From a virus: a stretch of DNA of 40,672 nucleotides. The notes below the pieces were generated by a model, which saw only the letters and a list, made by a program, of their open reading frames with translations, was not told where the DNA came from and made no database searches. Location of the stretch: positions 1-40,672 of the IMG/VR virus record IMGVR_UViG_3300019758_000005; one strand, 5' to 3'. Below, piece by piece: positions 39,887 through 40,672 of the stretch; positions within the stretch are counted from its first letter, which is position 1, and each line of letters opens with the position of its first letter. Made by a program: the position numbers and the translations under genes.

Positions 39887-40665
39887 AATAAGCTCTCAAC
39901 GCTACTGCCTTTTCTTAGATTGGCGTCCGCCCATATTGGTCGTAAATTAGTTAGGCAATTAATTACAGCTGGGTCGGTAACACCATTTTTTAAGTGCTCA
40001 GCTATTGGTATTATGTGATCTATGTGCCATTCTTTTCTGTTCTCCCAGCTCATGCCTTTTAAAAATTGGCGCTCTATGTGCGTTTTTAAATCCTCGCAGG
40101 TATACCCAAGCAGGGCCTCATACTTTTCGCGCCCACCCTTCCAATTGGTTAGTATTCGTTTTAGTGATCTACGAATAAACATGCTTTCTGGGTTCGCATT
40201 ATTCCACGCTGATGAAGCTGCCGTTGCTTTCTCCGAATTCGCTTTTCGCCAAGCCGTGTTGGATGCTTTTCTTTTTTCTGGATTCGCTTTATTCCATGCT
40301 AAATTTCTTGCTCTTGATCTTTCCTTGTTAGCTTCATACCAAGCTGCCTTGTTCGCCTTCACCTTCTCAGGGTTGGCAGCTTTCCAAGCTGCCCACTGAG
40401 CAATTGCTTTCTCTGGGTTCGCTGCCAGCCAACAAGCTTTGCTAGCTTTTATCTTTTCTGAGTTTTCTTTTCGGTATTTTGCAGCGGTAGATTTTGCTTT
40501 ATCTGGATTCGCAGCGCGCCACGCTGCACTTTTTGCTATTGCGCATTCAACGCAATGGCCTCCAGATAGATACCGTTCAGTAATATGCCCACGCTTACAT
40601 GGCTTTCCAGTAAAAAAGAATTTTAGATTTTGTTCTTTTGCTTCTTTCTTGGATATAATATTCAT
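39883..40665 (-). CDS. HNH endonuclease with an N-terminal Cys/His cluster and eight 15-aa tandem repeats
   Basis: C-terminal EWHIDHIIPIA...NLRPIWADANLRKG is an HNH motif. N-terminal CKRGH...HCVEC. Central repeats are of the AW.KANPEK.KA type. Confidence 0.8.
   Translation of the reverse strand: MNIISKKEAKEQNLKFFFTGKPCKRGHITERYLSGGHCVECAIAKSAAWRAANPDKAKSTAAKYRKENSEKIKASKACWLAANPEKAIAQWAAWKAANPEKVKANKAAWYEANKERSRARNLAWNKANPEKRKASNTAWRKANSEKATAASSAWNNANPESMFIRRSLKRILTNWKGGREKYEALLGYTCEDLKTHIERQFLKGMSWENRKEWHIDHIIPIAEHLKNGVTDPAVINCLTNLRPIWADANLRKGSSVESLL
40183..40530 (-). repeat. Eight tandem 45-nt (15-aa) coding repeats within the HNH gene
   Basis: An aromatic residue (W49, Y64, W79, W94, W109, W124, W139, W154) recurs every 15 residues, followed by an ANPEK-like motif. 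Confidence 0.8.
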
Positions 40666-40672
40666 TTTGATC
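40550..40672. repeat. Terminal overlap, right copy (identical to 1-123)
   Basis: See the left copy. Identity was checked over all 123 bases. Confidence 0.9.

Noticed and set aside
40022-40399. Plus-strand 125-aa ORF opposite the HNH gene.
   Set aside because: It is produced by the 45-nt periodicity of the repeat array (a repetitive FALFHA translation). The minus-strand frame carries the HNH motif.

Overview
The window is one complete tailed dsDNA phage genome. Bases 1-123 are identical to 40550-40672, so the unit length is 40,549 bp and the contig is closed by an assembly-type overlap, implying a circular or circularly permuted genome. All family assignments below come from reading motifs by eye; no searches were run.

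Layout:
- A divergent sigma70 control region lies at 2528-2690.
- From it, a leftward operon wraps across the window ends. It encodes a Sak4-like ATPase, an SSB ending DDDVPF, a YqaJ-type exonuclease, a repeat-containing HNH endonuclease, an SF2 helicase, a VRR-NUC nuclease and one small ORF. It ends at tandem terminators near 37206-37302.
- The rightward arm starts with a prim-pol/helicase gene.
- Next come an AT-rich iteron field (candidate origin) and a T5orf172-like gene.
- These are followed by small HTH genes and a phage Dam-type methyltransferase.
- Then come promoter-led cargo genes: an HTH-Rmf/CrpP-like fusion, a small membrane protein plus an outer-membrane beta-barrel, and a zinc-ribbon metallophosphoesterase.
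- A ~21-kb late block (11917-33673) contains terS, terL, portal, scaffold, major capsid, connector proteins and a MuF-like protein.
- The same block then encodes a siphovirus-type tail: terminator, tube, a G/GT chaperone with an AAATTTT -1 slippery site, tape measure, distal tail proteins, a J-like protein and two fibres. It ends with the lysis genes (M15 endolysin, holin, overlapped spanins).
- Two divergent operons of small ORFs occupy 33642-37169.
- No integrase, CI-type repressor, tRNA, CRISPR array or reverse transcriptase was seen.
- A lipoprotein spanin and a beta-barrel ending in Phe point to a Gram-negative host.

Most unusual items:
- An HslV/proteasome-beta-like Thr-protease gene inside the morphogenesis block.
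- An antiparallel three-gene cassette with a terminal small HTH gene (acr-aca-like layout) wedged between terL and portal.
- A promoter-led membrane protein plus beta-barrel pair.
- A jelly-roll-like domain present both in a capsid-proximal ORF and as an insertion in the distal tail protein.
- Two recurrent DNA motifs: a TTGAC-N16/17-GGTGCTA promoter family and a TATTTATACA box.
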